Below are positions 11,445-24,662 of a DNA stretch of 60,167 nt, piece after piece. The stretch's first letter is position 1; each line of letters opens with the position of its first letter. The stretch is taken from the NCBI GenBank assembly GCA_040255215.1, contig JBDZUM010000005.1:1-60167 (forward strand). The letters run 5' to 3'. This DNA comes from Rhodospirillaceae bacterium (GTDB lineage: Bacteria > Pseudomonadota > Alphaproteobacteria > Reyranellales > JAQSWP01). Below the pieces are notes generated by a model, which was not told the origin of the DNA, did no database searches, and worked only from the letters and a program-made list of their open reading frames with translations. Made by a program: the position numbers and the translations under genes.

Positions 11445-12863
11445 ATGTTTCGTCGTCTGTCGGTTTTCCTTGCGCCTCTCGCCGTTCTGCTGGGGCTTGC
11501 CACGGCCGGTCCCGTGCCGGCGCTGGCCCAGCAGACGCCGAAGTCGGCCGACCAGATCCGTCTGAGCTTTGCGCCGCTGGTCAAGGCGGTGTCGCCCGCC
11601 GTGGTCAACATCTACGCCCGCCGCCGCGTGCAGCAGAATCTCGGGCCGTTCAGCGATCCCTTCTTCCGCCGCTTCTTTGGCGAGGAGTTCCTGCGCGCCC
11701 TGCCGCAGGAGCGCGTGCAGAACTCGCTCGGCTCCGGCGTCGTCGTCCGGCCCGACGGGCTGGTCGTGACCAACAGCCATGTGGTGCGCGGCGCCAGCGA
11801 GATCCGCGTCGTGCTCGACGACCGCCGCGAGTTCGACGCTTCGCTGCTGCTGAGCGATGAGCGCAGCGACCTGGCGATCCTGCGCATCGCCGGCGAGGGC
11901 AGGAAGTTCCCCTATCTCGAGATGGGCGACGCCGACGCCATCGAGGTCGGCGATCTCGCCGTGGCGATCGGCAATCCCTTCGGCCTCAACCAGACCGTGA
12001 CCTTCGGAATCATCTCGGCCACCGCCCGCACCACGGTGGCGCGCATCAACCAGTCCGGCTTCTTCATCCAGACCGATGCCGCGATCAATCCCGGCAATTC
12101 CGGCGGCGCGCTGGTGGCGATGGACGGCAAGCTGCTCGGCATCAACACCGCCATCTTCTCCGGGTCCGGCGGTTCGATCGGCATCGGCTTCGCCACGCCG
12201 GCCGGGATCGTCGCCCGCGTCGTCGAGGCGGCGGAGCGCGGCGCCGATCGCGTCGTCAGGCCGTGGTTCGGCGCCGACGTGCAGCCGGTGACGGCCGAGA
12301 TCGCCGCCTCGCTGGGGCTCGAACGTCCCTCCGGCGTCGTCGTGCGCTCGGTCTCGGATGGCAGCCCCGCCGCCAAGGCCGGCCTGCGCAGCAGCGACGT
12401 GCTGGCGGCGATCAACGGCCAGACGGTGGACGACGAACGCTCGGTCAATTTCCGCCTCGCCACCCTGCCGATCGACGGCACGGCCAATCTGACCGTGATG
12501 CGCGGCGGCCGTCAGCTGGCGCTGCGCCTGCCGCTGCAACCACCGCCGGAAGTGCCGCCGCGCGATGCGACGACCTTCGCCGGCCGCTCGCCCTTCGCCG
12601 GCGCCACGGTGATGAACCTGTCGCCCGCCGTCGCCGACGAACTGGCCCTCGACGCCGCCGCGCGCGGGGTCGTCGTCGCCGCGATCCGCGGCGGCAGTCC
12701 GGCGGGCCGCTATCTCGAGCCCAACGACATCGTCGTGTCGGTCAACGGCAAGGACGTGGTGACGGTCAAGGACCTGCAGGGCCTGCTCGACGAAAACACC
12801 AATCGCTGGAACATCGTGCTGCGCCGCAACGGGCGGACGATAAGCATGTCGCTGCGGGGCTGA
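11445..12863 (+). CDS. periplasmic serine endoprotease, DegP/HtrA (Do) family, two PDZ domains
   Basis: ATG 11445 within ORF 11361..12863 gives the signal peptide MFRRLSVFLAPLAVLLGLATAGPVPALA. Catalytic motifs VTNSHVV, DLAIL and GNSGGAL are present, followed by two PDZ-like repeats. Confidence 0.92.
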   Translation: MFRRLSVFLAPLAVLLGLATAGPVPALAQQTPKSADQIRLSFAPLVKAVSPAVVNIYARRRVQQNLGPFSDPFFRRFFGEEFLRALPQERVQNSLGSGVVVRPDGLVVTNSHVVRGASEIRVVLDDRREFDASLLLSDERSDLAILRIAGEGRKFPYLEMGDADAIEVGDLAVAIGNPFGLNQTVTFGIISATARTTVARINQSGFFIQTDAAINPGNSGGALVAMDGKLLGINTAIFSGSGGSIGIGFATPAGIVARVVEAAERGADRVVRPWFGADVQPVTAEIAASLGLERPSGVVVRSVSDGSPAAKAGLRSSDVLAAINGQTVDDERSVNFRLATLPIDGTANLTVMRGGRQLALRLPLQPPPEVPPRDATTFAGRSPFAGATVMNLSPAVADELALDAAARGVVVAAIRGGSPAGRYLEPNDIVVSVNGKDVVTVKDLQGLLDENTNRWNIVLRRNGRTISMSLRG

Positions 12864-12866
12864 CGC

Positions 12867-14171
12867 ATGGCGAAGTCCGGCCTGTTCGATACGCTGGCGC
12901 CGCGGCCGCTGGCGGATCGGATGCGGCCGAGGACGCTCGACGAAGTCGTCGGACAGGATCACGTGCTGGCGCCGGATGCCGCGCTCGGGCGCATGCTGCA
13001 ATCGGGGCGGCTGGCGTCGATCGTGCTCTGGGGGCCGCCGGGCTGCGGCAAGACGACGATCGCGCGCCTGCTGGCGGAACGCACCGACCTGCATTTCGAG
13101 CCGCTGTCGGCCGTGTTCTCCGGCGTCGCCGATCTGCGCAAGGCCTTCGAGGCGGCGCGCGAGCGCCGCGCCGCCGGCCGCGGCACGCTGCTGTTCGTCG
13201 ACGAGATCCATCGCTTCAACCGGGCGCAGCAGGACGGCTTCCTGCCCTATGTCGAGGACGGCACGGTGACGCTGGTCGGCGCCACGACCGAGAACCCGTC
13301 CTTCGAACTCAACGCCGCGCTGCTGTCGCGCTGCCACGTGCTGGTGCTCAAGCGGCTGGACGATGCGGCGCTGGAAAGCCTGCTGGCGCGCGCCGAGGCG
13401 CTCGAGGACCGCAAGCTGCCGCTCACGGAGGAGGCGCGTCTTGCCTTGCGCGCCATGGCCGATGGCGACGGTCGCTTCCTGCTCAACATGGCCGAAGAAC
13501 TTTTCGCGCTCCAGGGCGAGCCGCTCGATCCGGCGGCGCTGGCGAAGGCCGTGCAGCGGCGCGCGCCGATCTACGACAAGGCGCAGGAGGGCCATTACAA
13601 CCTCATCAGCGCGCTGCACAAGTCGATGCGCGGCTCCGACGTCGATGCGGCGCTCTACTGGCTGGCCCGCATGCTGGCCGGCGGCGAGGACCCGCTCTAT
13701 ATCGTCCGCCGGCTGGTGCGGTTCGCCAGCGAGGATATCGGCCTAGCCGATCCGCAGGCGCTGGTTCAGGCGCTCGCTGCCTGGGACACCTACGAGCGCC
13801 TGGGCTCGCCCGAGGGCGAACTGACTATCGCCCAGGCCGTCGCCTATCTGGCGACCGCGCCGAAATCCAATGCGCTCTACGTCGCGCTGGGCTCGGCCAA
13901 CCGGGCGGCGAAGGAAACCGGTTCGCTGATGCCGCCGATGCACATCCTCAACGCGCCGACCCGGCTGATGAAGGATCTGGGCTATGGCGCCGGCTACGAC
14001 TACGACCACGACGCCGAGGACGGCTTCTCCGGCCAGAACTACTTCCCCGACGGCATGGCGCGGCGGCAGTTCTACAGGCCGGTCGAGCGCGGCTTCGAGC
14101 GCGACATCCGCAAGCGCCTGGAATACTGGCAGAAGCTGCGCGACAAGCGTGGGTCGAAAGCGCCCGACTAG
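12867..14171 (+). CDS. rarA: replication-associated recombination protein A (AAA+ ATPase)
   Basis: 434 aa, Walker A GPPGCGKTT, Walker B LLFVDEIHRFN, MgsA C-terminal region (HYNLISALHKSMRGSD..ALYWLARML). Confidence 0.93.
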   Translation: MAKSGLFDTLAPRPLADRMRPRTLDEVVGQDHVLAPDAALGRMLQSGRLASIVLWGPPGCGKTTIARLLAERTDLHFEPLSAVFSGVADLRKAFEAARERRAAGRGTLLFVDEIHRFNRAQQDGFLPYVEDGTVTLVGATTENPSFELNAALLSRCHVLVLKRLDDAALESLLARAEALEDRKLPLTEEARLALRAMADGDGRFLLNMAEELFALQGEPLDPAALAKAVQRRAPIYDKAQEGHYNLISALHKSMRGSDVDAALYWLARMLAGGEDPLYIVRRLVRFASEDIGLADPQALVQALAAWDTYERLGSPEGELTIAQAVAYLATAPKSNALYVALGSANRAAKETGSLMPPMHILNAPTRLMKDLGYGAGYDYDHDAEDGFSGQNYFPDGMARRQFYRPVERGFERDIRKRLEYWQKLRDKRGSKAPD

Positions 14172-14861
14172 CTAGTTCCGGCAGGGATGTCCTTTGGGCA
14201 GCGGAACCTCGCTTCGCCGGGTGCTGCCGCCGCCTTCGGGAAATCGATCGAGCAGGGTGTCGAGCAGCGGATCGATCAAGGCCGGCAGATCGCTGCAGGC
14301 GCCACGGCTGCGCAGCCGCGCTTCGTAGACCGGCATCGACCTGCCGTCGTCGTTCTGCCGGATCAGCCGCATGTGCAGGTCGCGCGTATAGACGGTCGAG
14401 GCGTGCACCGTCGTCGAGTGGCCGACGATGCCCATCACCGGCACCGCAACCGGAGTCGAATTGATCGTGAATTTCTGGCTCGGCGAGGCGGGCGTCGAAC
14501 TCAGGCGGTATTCGGTGCGCGTGCCGACCTGGCCCCAGATCGGCGCCTGGCTGGTCGATATTTCCTGGCGACCGTCGTCGATACCGACATGCAGGCTGGC
14601 GATCAGCGCCGGCCGATCGTCGGTCGTCACGACGGTGAGACCGCGCTGCCTGAGCCGGTCAGCCAACTTGTCGAGATAGCGCTGCACTTCGATGCTTTCC
14701 GAATCCATGTTCGGCGCCGGAACGACGGCGACGCTTTCGCCTGGAGCGATATCAGGCCCGGCGCGAAAGGCGGTGACATCCGCCTGCAAGGGCAATGGGC
14801 CGCAGGCCTGGAGCGTGAAAAGCGCCGAAAGGACGATGACGGCGAATGGAACGAAGCGCAT
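14172..14861 (-). CDS. hypothetical lipoprotein
   Basis: ORF 14172..14876. ATG 14861 follows GAGG. MRFVPFAVIVLSALFTLQAC has a lipobox (LQA-C). I recognise no family with confidence. Confidence 0.75.
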   Translation of the reverse strand: MRFVPFAVIVLSALFTLQACGPLPLQADVTAFRAGPDIAPGESVAVVPAPNMDSESIEVQRYLDKLADRLRQRGLTVVTTDDRPALIASLHVGIDDGRQEISTSQAPIWGQVGTRTEYRLSSTPASPSQKFTINSTPVAVPVMGIVGHSTTVHASTVYTRDLHMRLIRQNDDGRSMPVYEARLRSRGACSDLPALIDPLLDTLLDRFPEGGGSTRRSEVPLPKGHPCRN

Positions 14862-14889
14862 GCGAGCCTCATACAATCTAAAGTAGTAA

Positions 14890-14904
14890 TATTGTACGAC
14901 AATA
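14890..14904. promoter_or_regulatory. perfect 6-3-6 palindrome in the AT-rich island upstream of the lipoprotein gene
   Basis: TATTGT-ACG-ACAATA sits inside the only strongly AT-rich stretch (14877-14941) of this neighbourhood, about 30 nt upstream of the ATG at 14861. Confidence 0.4.
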
Positions 14905-14941
14905 CACGCATGTTCGCAATATGTTCTTCGAGGCTGTTCGT

Positions 14942-15352
14942 TTAGGGCTGGTCCAGAAACCGACCGACATGCCCGGGCGCTGGCATGAAACAGGCGGTTT
15001 TCTGGCCGAACCAGCGATAACGATTGCGGGCGACCAGGGAATAGAGTGGATCGCGTATCCCCCGCGGCAGCAGACCGAAGATGCCGAGCAGGGGCCAGGG
15101 GAAGGGCAGCTGCCGGACGACTTGGAGGACGGCTTCGGATTTCACGAAGGCGCGCCCATTTTCGATCAGCGTCACATTCTCAAGGTCGCCTTCGGTCAGG
15201 CCGTGCTCGGCCTTGAGACGGCGCCCGACCGCACCCTGCCCGAAAGCGTATCGGAAAATTCCCTGCCGATCCGCCCGCAACATCGTCCGGACGCCGAAAC
15301 TGCAGATGTTGCAGACGCCGTCGAAGATCAGGATCGGGCCTTCCTGCGTCAT
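14942..15352 (-). CDS. thiol-disulfide oxidoreductase DCC family protein (DUF393)
   Basis: 136 aa with N-terminal ILIFDGVCNICSFGVR (the DxxCxxC motif of the DCC family). Confidence 0.8.
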   Translation of the reverse strand: MTQEGPILIFDGVCNICSFGVRTMLRADRQGIFRYAFGQGAVGRRLKAEHGLTEGDLENVTLIENGRAFVKSEAVLQVVRQLPFPWPLLGIFGLLPRGIRDPLYSLVARNRYRWFGQKTACFMPAPGHVGRFLDQP

Positions 15353-15417
15353 GGGCGTGCTCCCATTTGTCCGGCCAAGCTTGCCACGACGCGGTCGACC
15401 TCAGTAGGGTGCCCGCC

Positions 15418-15798
15418 ATGAGCCAGATTGTCGCCGTTGCGCTGGGGGGAGCGCTGGGGTCCGTAGGCCGGTTCCTGGTGGCCGGCTGGTTCGGACGCCA
15501 GCTCGGCGCGACGTTCCCGTGGGGCACGCTTGCGGTCAATATCATCGGCGGTCTCGCCATGGGGCTGCTGGTGGAACTGATGGCGCAGACCTGGTCGGTC
15601 TCGCCGCCGATGCGCGCCTTTCTGACGGTAGGCGTCCTCGGCGGCTTCACGACATTCTCGGCGTTCTCGCTCGAAACCGTATTGCTGCTGGAGCGCGGCG
15701 ATTTCCTCGCCGCGCTGGGCTATATCGCGTCCTCCGTCGTCCTCAGCGTCGGCGCCGTCTGGGCCGGCCTGCGCCTGATGCGTCTGGTCCTGGCCTAA
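15418..15798 (+). CDS. crcB: fluoride efflux channel CrcB/FluC
   Basis: ATG 15418 within ORF 15367..15798 gives 126 aa with 4 TM segments; ALGGALGSVGRFLV...FPWGTLAVNIIG...GVLGGFTTFSAFS is the CrcB signature. Confidence 0.9.
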   Translation: MSQIVAVALGGALGSVGRFLVAGWFGRQLGATFPWGTLAVNIIGGLAMGLLVELMAQTWSVSPPMRAFLTVGVLGGFTTFSAFSLETVLLLERGDFLAALGYIASSVVLSVGAVWAGLRLMRLVLA

Positions 15799-15802
15799 GG
15801 CG

Positions 15803-16774
15803 ATGGCGACTACCGTCCAGACGGTCGTGGTGGGCAGCGACGATGCGGACATGCGCCTCGATCGCTGGTTCAAACGGCATTATCCGGCTCTGACCCACGG
15901 GCGATTGGAGAAGCTGCTGCGCACCGGACAGGTGCGCCTGAACGGCAAGCGGGCGCAAGGCAGCGATCGCGTCGCAGCCGGGGACAGCGTTCGCGTGCCG
16001 CCGCTTCCCACCGCCGATGCCCCCGCCAGAGCGCCGCGCGCACGGCCGGCGCTCGACGAGCGCGCCGTGCGCGAACTGCGGGACCTGGTGATCTATCGCG
16101 ACGCCGAGATGCTGGCGATCGACAAGCCGGCCGGCCTCGCCGTTCAGGGGGGCACCGGGACGAGCAAGCACCTCGATGCGATGCTGCCCGCGCTCCAGTT
16201 CGACGCCGAAGAGCCGCCGCGACTGGTCCACCGGCTGGATCGCGACACGGCGGGGGTTCTGCTGCTGGCCCGCACGCGCAAGGCGGCCGCGCGGCTGACG
16301 TCGCTGTTCCGGACCCGCGACATGCGCAAGATCTACTGGGCCGTCGTGGTCGGCAAGCCGAAACCCGATCAGGGCGATATCCGGCTGGCGCTCGCCAAGC
16401 GGATCGGCCGAGCCGGCGAGGGCGAGGAGCGCATGGTGGTCGACGAGAAGGACGGCGAGCCGGCGCGCACGCTCTATCGTCTGCTCGATGCCGCATCCAA
16501 TAAGGTCAGCCTGCTCGAGCTGGAGCCTCTGACCGGGCGAACGCATCAGCTGCGAGTCCATTGCGCCGCCCTCGGTACGCCGATTCTCGGCGACGGCAAA
16601 TACGGCGGCAAGGCGGCGTTTCTCGCCGATACCGTGGGAACGCAGCGTCTGCATCTTCTGGCGCGCGAACTGCAGGTTCCACGATCCGGCGGCGGCTCCA
16701 TCGCCATTCGCGCCGAATTGCCGCCACATATGCGCGAAACGATGGAATTCTTCGCGCTTTCCGCAACCGAATAG
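15803..16774 (+). CDS. RluA-family 23S rRNA pseudouridine synthase (RluC-like, N-terminal S4 domain)
   Basis: 323 aa. S4-like MRLDRWFKRHYPALTHGRLEKLLRTGQVRLNG; catalytic motif HRLDRDTAGVLLLA. Confidence 0.9.
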   Translation: MATTVQTVVVGSDDADMRLDRWFKRHYPALTHGRLEKLLRTGQVRLNGKRAQGSDRVAAGDSVRVPPLPTADAPARAPRARPALDERAVRELRDLVIYRDAEMLAIDKPAGLAVQGGTGTSKHLDAMLPALQFDAEEPPRLVHRLDRDTAGVLLLARTRKAAARLTSLFRTRDMRKIYWAVVVGKPKPDQGDIRLALAKRIGRAGEGEERMVVDEKDGEPARTLYRLLDAASNKVSLLELEPLTGRTHQLRVHCAALGTPILGDGKYGGKAAFLADTVGTQRLHLLARELQVPRSGGGSIAIRAELPPHMRETMEFFALSATE

Positions 16775-16871
16775 CCGCCGGTCCGCGCCTTTGAATGAAG
16801 GCATCCAGCGGCTACTATGATCCGTAGGATCAAGAGTCGCCCCGGGGCAAGCCCGGGAAAGGAGGCCCCCG

Positions 16872-18944
16872 ATGCGTGCATTGAAGATTCTCGGAATTGT
16901 CGTTGTCGTCCTTGTCGTGATCGTCGGGGGTGCGCTTGCCTGGGTCAGCACGCAGGATTTCAGCAAGTATCAGGGCGTGCTGCGCGATCAGGTGAAGAAG
17001 GCCACCGGGCGCGATCTCGTGATCAACGGCCCGTTCGACGTCAGCATCGGCCTGTCGCCAGCGCTCAAGGTGTCGGACGTCACCTTCCAGAACGCCTCCT
17101 GGGGATCGCGGCCGGAAATGGCCAAGGTCAAGGAACTCGACGTGCAGCTCCAGCTGATCCCGCTGATCATGGGAACGGTGGCGATCGACCGCGTCGTGCT
17201 GAAAGGCGCCGACATCCTGATCGAGACCGGCAAGGACGGCCGGACCAACTACACTTTCGACACGGGTTCGACCGACAAGAAGGCGCCGACGACGCCTTCT
17301 CCGGCCAACGACGACAAGTCGTCGGGCGGAACCGTGCCGACGGTGGACGAGCTGACGATCACCGATTCGGTCGTCACCCTGCGCGACGCCCGGTCGGGAC
17401 AGACGACGACGTTGAAGATCGCCAAGATGGACGCGTCGGGCATCGGTTCGACCGGCGCCACCAAGGTCGATCTCGACGGCACGCTGAACGGTCGCCCGAT
17501 CGCCGCCGAAGCGAGCGTCGAATCTCTGCCGTCCTTCCTCTCGACGGGCAGCGCCACCATCAACCTTGCCGTGAAGTCGGGCAACAGCTCGGTAACCGTC
17601 GCCGGCCCGATCAAGAACAACACCCCGGCCGGTCTGCGCATCAGCGGTCAGGGCGACAACCTGGCCAATCTGCAGCCGCTGATCGGCGCGGCGCTGCCGC
17701 CGCTCGGCCCGTACAGCCTGCAGGGTATCGCGACCGGCACCGGCAAGGATACCTACAAGCTCGACGTTCAGATGCTGAAAGTCGGCACCACCGAGATCAA
17801 GGGCGACATTGCCGTGGCGACCCAGGGCGGCCGGCCGAAGCTGACGGCCAATCTTTCCTCGCCGCGCATCAATGCCAAGGATTTCCACAAGTCCAGCGGC
17901 GAGGCGTCCGCCGGTGCGGGCGATGACAAGGGCGATGGGCGGGTGTTCCCGGCCGACCCGCTGCCTGTCGCCGATCTGCGCCTGGCGGATGCGACGGTCA
18001 ATCTGCGGGCCGGCGAGGTCGTCAACGACCAGGTGCGCATGCAGAACTTCGCCATGGCGCTGTCGCTGGTCAACGGCCGGCTGAACGTCAAGCCGCAGGC
18101 CACCGTTTCCGGCGGCGCCGTCAACATCGACATGACGCTCGACGGCGCGGCGCAGACTCCGGCGCTGGCCTTCGCGCTGAAGGCGAACAACGTCAGCATC
18201 GGCGATCTGATGAAGATGCTGCAGGATTCGGACGTCGTTTCCGGCGGGCCGGCGGACGTCGACATCAACGTGCGCGGCACCGGCAACTCGGTGCGGGCGA
18301 TCATGGCGTCGCTGAACGGTTCGACCAGCGTTTCGGTCGTGGGCGGCAAGCTCAACAACAAGAGCCTGGCGTTCGTCAGCGCCGACGTCATGAAGCTGCT
18401 GGGCGGCGCCGGCAACTCGACCGAAATCAAGTGCATCGTCTCGCGCTTCTCGATCGCCAACGGCGTCGCGACCAGCCAGGCGCTGCAGTTCGATCTCAGC
18501 AACATCTACGGCAGCGGCTTCGGGCGCATCCATCTCGGCACGGAGGTTCTCGATCTCGAGATCGATCCGCAGACGCGCGACACGGCGATCGCCAGCCTGG
18601 CCGTCCCCATCGAGATCAAAGGCACCCTTGCCAATCCCAAGGTGACGCCGGACTTCACCAAGCGCGGCGCCCAGATCCTCAAGGGCGCGCTCGACAAGAA
18701 GGGCAAGGATGGCAAGGACGGCGGCCTGGCCGGCATCGCGGGCAGCCTGCTGGGCGGCAACAAGGGCGGCGGCGATCAGGCCCAATCGGGCGGCGGCGGC
18801 GGCTGCGGCAACGTCGCCGACGCACAGCCTGCGGCGTCGCCGTCTTCCGGGCAGCCCGCCCAGCAGCAGCCGGCGCAGCAACAGCAGCCGCAGGAGCAGA
18901 AGAAGCAGAATCCGGCCGACACCATCAAGCGCCTGTTCCGCTAG
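16872..18944 (+). CDS. AsmA-family outer-membrane biogenesis protein
   Basis: 690 aa. N-terminal anchor MRALKILGIVVVVLVVIVGGALAWV, then a long beta-rich repetitive region typical of AsmA and a Gly/Gln/Pro-rich C-terminal tail. GGAGG Shine-Dalgarno before the ATG. Confidence 0.8.
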   Translation: MRALKILGIVVVVLVVIVGGALAWVSTQDFSKYQGVLRDQVKKATGRDLVINGPFDVSIGLSPALKVSDVTFQNASWGSRPEMAKVKELDVQLQLIPLIMGTVAIDRVVLKGADILIETGKDGRTNYTFDTGSTDKKAPTTPSPANDDKSSGGTVPTVDELTITDSVVTLRDARSGQTTTLKIAKMDASGIGSTGATKVDLDGTLNGRPIAAEASVESLPSFLSTGSATINLAVKSGNSSVTVAGPIKNNTPAGLRISGQGDNLANLQPLIGAALPPLGPYSLQGIATGTGKDTYKLDVQMLKVGTTEIKGDIAVATQGGRPKLTANLSSPRINAKDFHKSSGEASAGAGDDKGDGRVFPADPLPVADLRLADATVNLRAGEVVNDQVRMQNFAMALSLVNGRLNVKPQATVSGGAVNIDMTLDGAAQTPALAFALKANNVSIGDLMKMLQDSDVVSGGPADVDINVRGTGNSVRAIMASLNGSTSVSVVGGKLNNKSLAFVSADVMKLLGGAGNSTEIKCIVSRFSIANGVATSQALQFDLSNIYGSGFGRIHLGTEVLDLEIDPQTRDTAIASLAVPIEIKGTLANPKVTPDFTKRGAQILKGALDKKGKDGKDGGLAGIAGSLLGGNKGGGDQAQSGGGGGCGNVADAQPAASPSSGQPAQQQPAQQQQPQEQKKQNPADTIKRLFR

Positions 18945-19002
18945 TCGCCGAACTCTGCTATCGCCTGCCGGCCGCGGCGGGCAGGCGGCGAGGAGACAGG
19001 TC

Positions 19003-19710
19003 TTGCGTCGATTCTACGGTGCCGTCGATATCGTGCCGGGCGGCGAGGGCTATGCCGTCACCCTCGACGGCAAGCCGATCCGAACCCCGGCCGCCAAGCC
19101 CTTCGCCGTGCCGAGCGAAGCGCTGGCCCGGGCGATCGCCGAGGAATGGGCCGCCGTGCCCGACAAGGGCGAGATCCGCCCGCAGGCCATGCCGATGACC
19201 CGGCTGGCGATGACCGCGCTCGACCGGGCGGCCGAGCAACGAGGCAAGGTCGTCGCCGATATCGCCGCGTATGGCGGGTCCGATCTGCTCTGCTACCGCG
19301 CCGAGGAGCCGGCGGAACTGGTGCGCCGCCAGTCGACCGGCTGGGATCCGTTGCTCGACTGGACCCGAACCAGCCATGGCGTGATCCTGGCGGTCACGGC
19401 CGGCGTGATGCCGGTGGAGCAGGCGCCAGCCGCGCTGTCCGCCCTGCGCGCCATCGTGGAGCCGTGCGACGATTTCCAGCTCTCGGCCCTCTACCAGCTC
19501 GTCGCCGGTTTCGGCTCGCTGGTGCTGGCCCTGGCGGTGCTGCAGGAGCGGCTGACGGGCGAGGCGGCCAGCGATCTGGCGGAAATAGATGCCGCCTGGC
19601 AGGCCGAGCGCTGGGGCGAGGACGCCGAAGCGGCGGCGCAGCGGGCACGGCTGCGGTCCGACATGCTGGCGGCCGCTCGCTTCCTGATGCTATTGCGCGC
19701 AACTGCCTGA
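19003..19710 (+). CDS. ATP12-family F1-ATPase assembly chaperone
   Basis: TTG 19003 follows an AGGAGA Shine-Dalgarno (18991-18996) inside ORF 18709..19710. RRFYGAVDIV...LDGKPIRTPAAKPFAVPSEALARAIAEEW...MPMTRLAMTALDR is ATP12-like. Confidence 0.85.
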   Translation: MRRFYGAVDIVPGGEGYAVTLDGKPIRTPAAKPFAVPSEALARAIAEEWAAVPDKGEIRPQAMPMTRLAMTALDRAAEQRGKVVADIAAYGGSDLLCYRAEEPAELVRRQSTGWDPLLDWTRTSHGVILAVTAGVMPVEQAPAALSALRAIVEPCDDFQLSALYQLVAGFGSLVLALAVLQERLTGEAASDLAEIDAAWQAERWGEDAEAAAQRARLRSDMLAAARFLMLLRATA

Positions 19711-19827
19711 AACGGCACCATTTTTCGCAACGCGAACGGGTTTTGCGGCTGGCACAGCCGTAACGTAAATGCTAGGTCATAGGCGCCGCCCGCCGCTGGT
19801 GCCGGCGGCGACCTTTTCGGGGGCCGA

Positions 19828-21360
<1,533 letters not shown>

Positions 21361-21370
21361 CGGTCCGGCA

Positions 21371-23359
<1,989 letters not shown>

Positions 23360-23369
23360 GCCGGTCGCC

Positions 23370-23654
23370 ATGGCCGAGGTCGCGCTGCGCCTGTCGATCA
23401 CCGGCCGGGTGCAGGGCGTCGGCTATCGCGATTGGGCGATGCGCGAGGCCCGTGCGCTCGGGCTGCGCGGCTGGGTGCGCAACCGGCGCGACGGCTCGGT
23501 CGAGGCGCTGGCCGTCGGTCCCGACGAGGCGGTGCAGCTTTTCGTCCAGTCCTGCCATCGTGGCCCCGGTCCGGCGCGGGTCGATGCCGTCAGGGTCGAA
23601 CCGGCGCAGGGCATCGTCGGGGAGGACGGCTTCAGCCAGAAGCCGACGGTCTGA
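23370..23654 (+). CDS. acyP: acylphosphatase
   Basis: 94 aa, ITGRVQGVGYRDWAMREARALGLRGWVRNRRDGSVEAL signature. Confidence 0.9.
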   Translation: MAEVALRLSITGRVQGVGYRDWAMREARALGLRGWVRNRRDGSVEALAVGPDEAVQLFVQSCHRGPGPARVDAVRVEPAQGIVGEDGFSQKPTV

Positions 23655-24332
23655 TCAGCCGAACACTTCGGCGAAAGTCTCGCGCAGCACCATATCGACT
23701 TCCGGCATCGAGACCACGATGCCCAGCCGGGCCAGCGACGTCACGCCGTGCTGGCTGATGCCGCAGGGCACGATGCCGGCATAGTGGCCGAGATCGGGAT
23801 CGACGTTCAGGGACACGCCGTGGAAGCTGACCCAGTGGCGCACGCGCACGCCCAGCGCGGCGATCTTGGCCTCGCGGCCGCCATCGGCCACCCATACGCC
23901 GACCCGGCCCTCGCGCCGCTCGCCGCGGACGTTGAAGCGGGCGAGGGCGCGGATCAGCCATTCCTCGAGCCCCTGAACGTAGCTGCGGATATCGGCGCCG
24001 CGCCGGCGCAGATCCAGCATGACGTAGCCGACCCTCTGGCCCGGTCCGTGATAGGTGAACTGCCCGCCGCGACCCGTGCGGAACACCGGCAGCCGGTCGG
24101 GATCGATCAGGTCGCTCTGCCGGGCGCTGGTGCCGGCGGTGTAGAGCGGCGGGTGCTCCAGCAGCCAGACCGCTTCCCCCGCCGTGCCGGCCCGGATGGC
24201 GGCGACCCGGGCCTCCATCTCGGCAACGGCCTGGGCGTAGTCGACCGGCGCGTCCGAAACGCGCCATTCCGGGCTTCCGGCGGTCGCCGCGGTGGCGGGC
24301 AGAGCATTGTCCATGCGCCTATTTGGCCCCAT
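23655..24332 (-). CDS. lipB: octanoyltransferase (lipoyl(octanoyl) transferase)
   Basis: 225 aa, [15 protein letters not shown]...[21 protein letters not shown]...KIAALGVRV...HGVSLNV. Its stop abuts the acyP stop (TGA|TCA). Confidence 0.93.
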   Translation of the reverse strand: MGPNRRMDNALPATAATAGSPEWRVSDAPVDYAQAVAEMEARVAAIRAGTAGEAVWLLEHPPLYTAGTSARQSDLIDPDRLPVFRTGRGGQFTYHGPGQRVGYVMLDLRRRGADIRSYVQGLEEWLIRALARFNVRGERREGRVGVWVADGGREAKIAALGVRVRHWVSFHGVSLNVDPDLGHYAGIVPCGISQHGVTSLARLGIVVSMPEVDMVLRETFAEVFG

Positions 24333-24502
24333 TCAGGCGGCCCGGCAAGCGGCGAAAATTAAAGTTGGCGGAAAGGCTTAGCCTTCGCCCGGCGGCGCTT
24401 GCGCCGGTGCCGCCGATTTGCTATCTCCGGCCCACCTCAAGGGAAATCCGCCGCCAGCGGTCCAGCCCTCCCGGTGGGAGGCGGCTCGATGGCGGCGTTT
24501 TG

Positions 24503-24587
24503 GCGGTCGTGGCGGAATTGGTAGACGCGCAGCGTTGAGGTCGCTGTGGGGCAACCCGTGGAAGTTCGAGTCTTCTCGACCGCACCA
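24503..24587 (+). tRNA. tRNA-Leu (anticodon GAG)
   Basis: Cloverleaf folded by eye. Acceptor GCGGTCG/CGACCGC; D-arm GCGGAATTGGTAGACGC; anticodon stem CAGCG/CGCTG with loop TTGAGGT; long variable arm; T-arm GAAG-TTCGAGT-CTTC; discriminator A and an encoded CCA. Confidence 0.9.
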
Positions 24588-24662
24588 ACATTTCCCGTTT
24601 GATGCCCATCGCGCCAGGGGGCGGCGCAACCGGCCGATTGGCCGCGATACCGCGAGGCTGTC

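Noticed and set aside
15353-15417. Possible fluoride riboswitch (crcB motif RNA) upstream of crcB.
   Set aside because: The 65-nt leader lacks the conserved GATG...AACYGCC...GCTGATG-type blocks that I recall for the fluoride riboswitch. An Rfam scan would settle it.
18962-18987. GC-rich hairpin (CGCCTGCC...GGCAGGCG) between the AsmA-family gene and the ATP12 gene.
   Set aside because: There is no T-tract and it sits directly before the ATP12 Shine-Dalgarno. I cannot distinguish a weak attenuator from a fortuitous GC-rich dyad, so it is too weak to call.
19750-19765. Sigma-54-like element TGGCAC-N5-TAACG upstream of pccB.
   Set aside because: The -24 half (TGGCAC) fits, but the -12 half lacks the conserved TTGC (GC at -13/-12). 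No enhancer-binding protein gene is nearby.
24455-24502. Stem-loops (CCTCCC-GGT-GGGAGG nested in CCGCC...GGCGG, then CGTTTT) just upstream of tRNA-Leu, considered as an orphan terminator or sRNA 3' end.
   Set aside because: No plus-strand gene or recognisable sRNA precedes it, the T-tract is short, and it may simply be part of the tRNA promoter or leader. It is not supportable without expression data.
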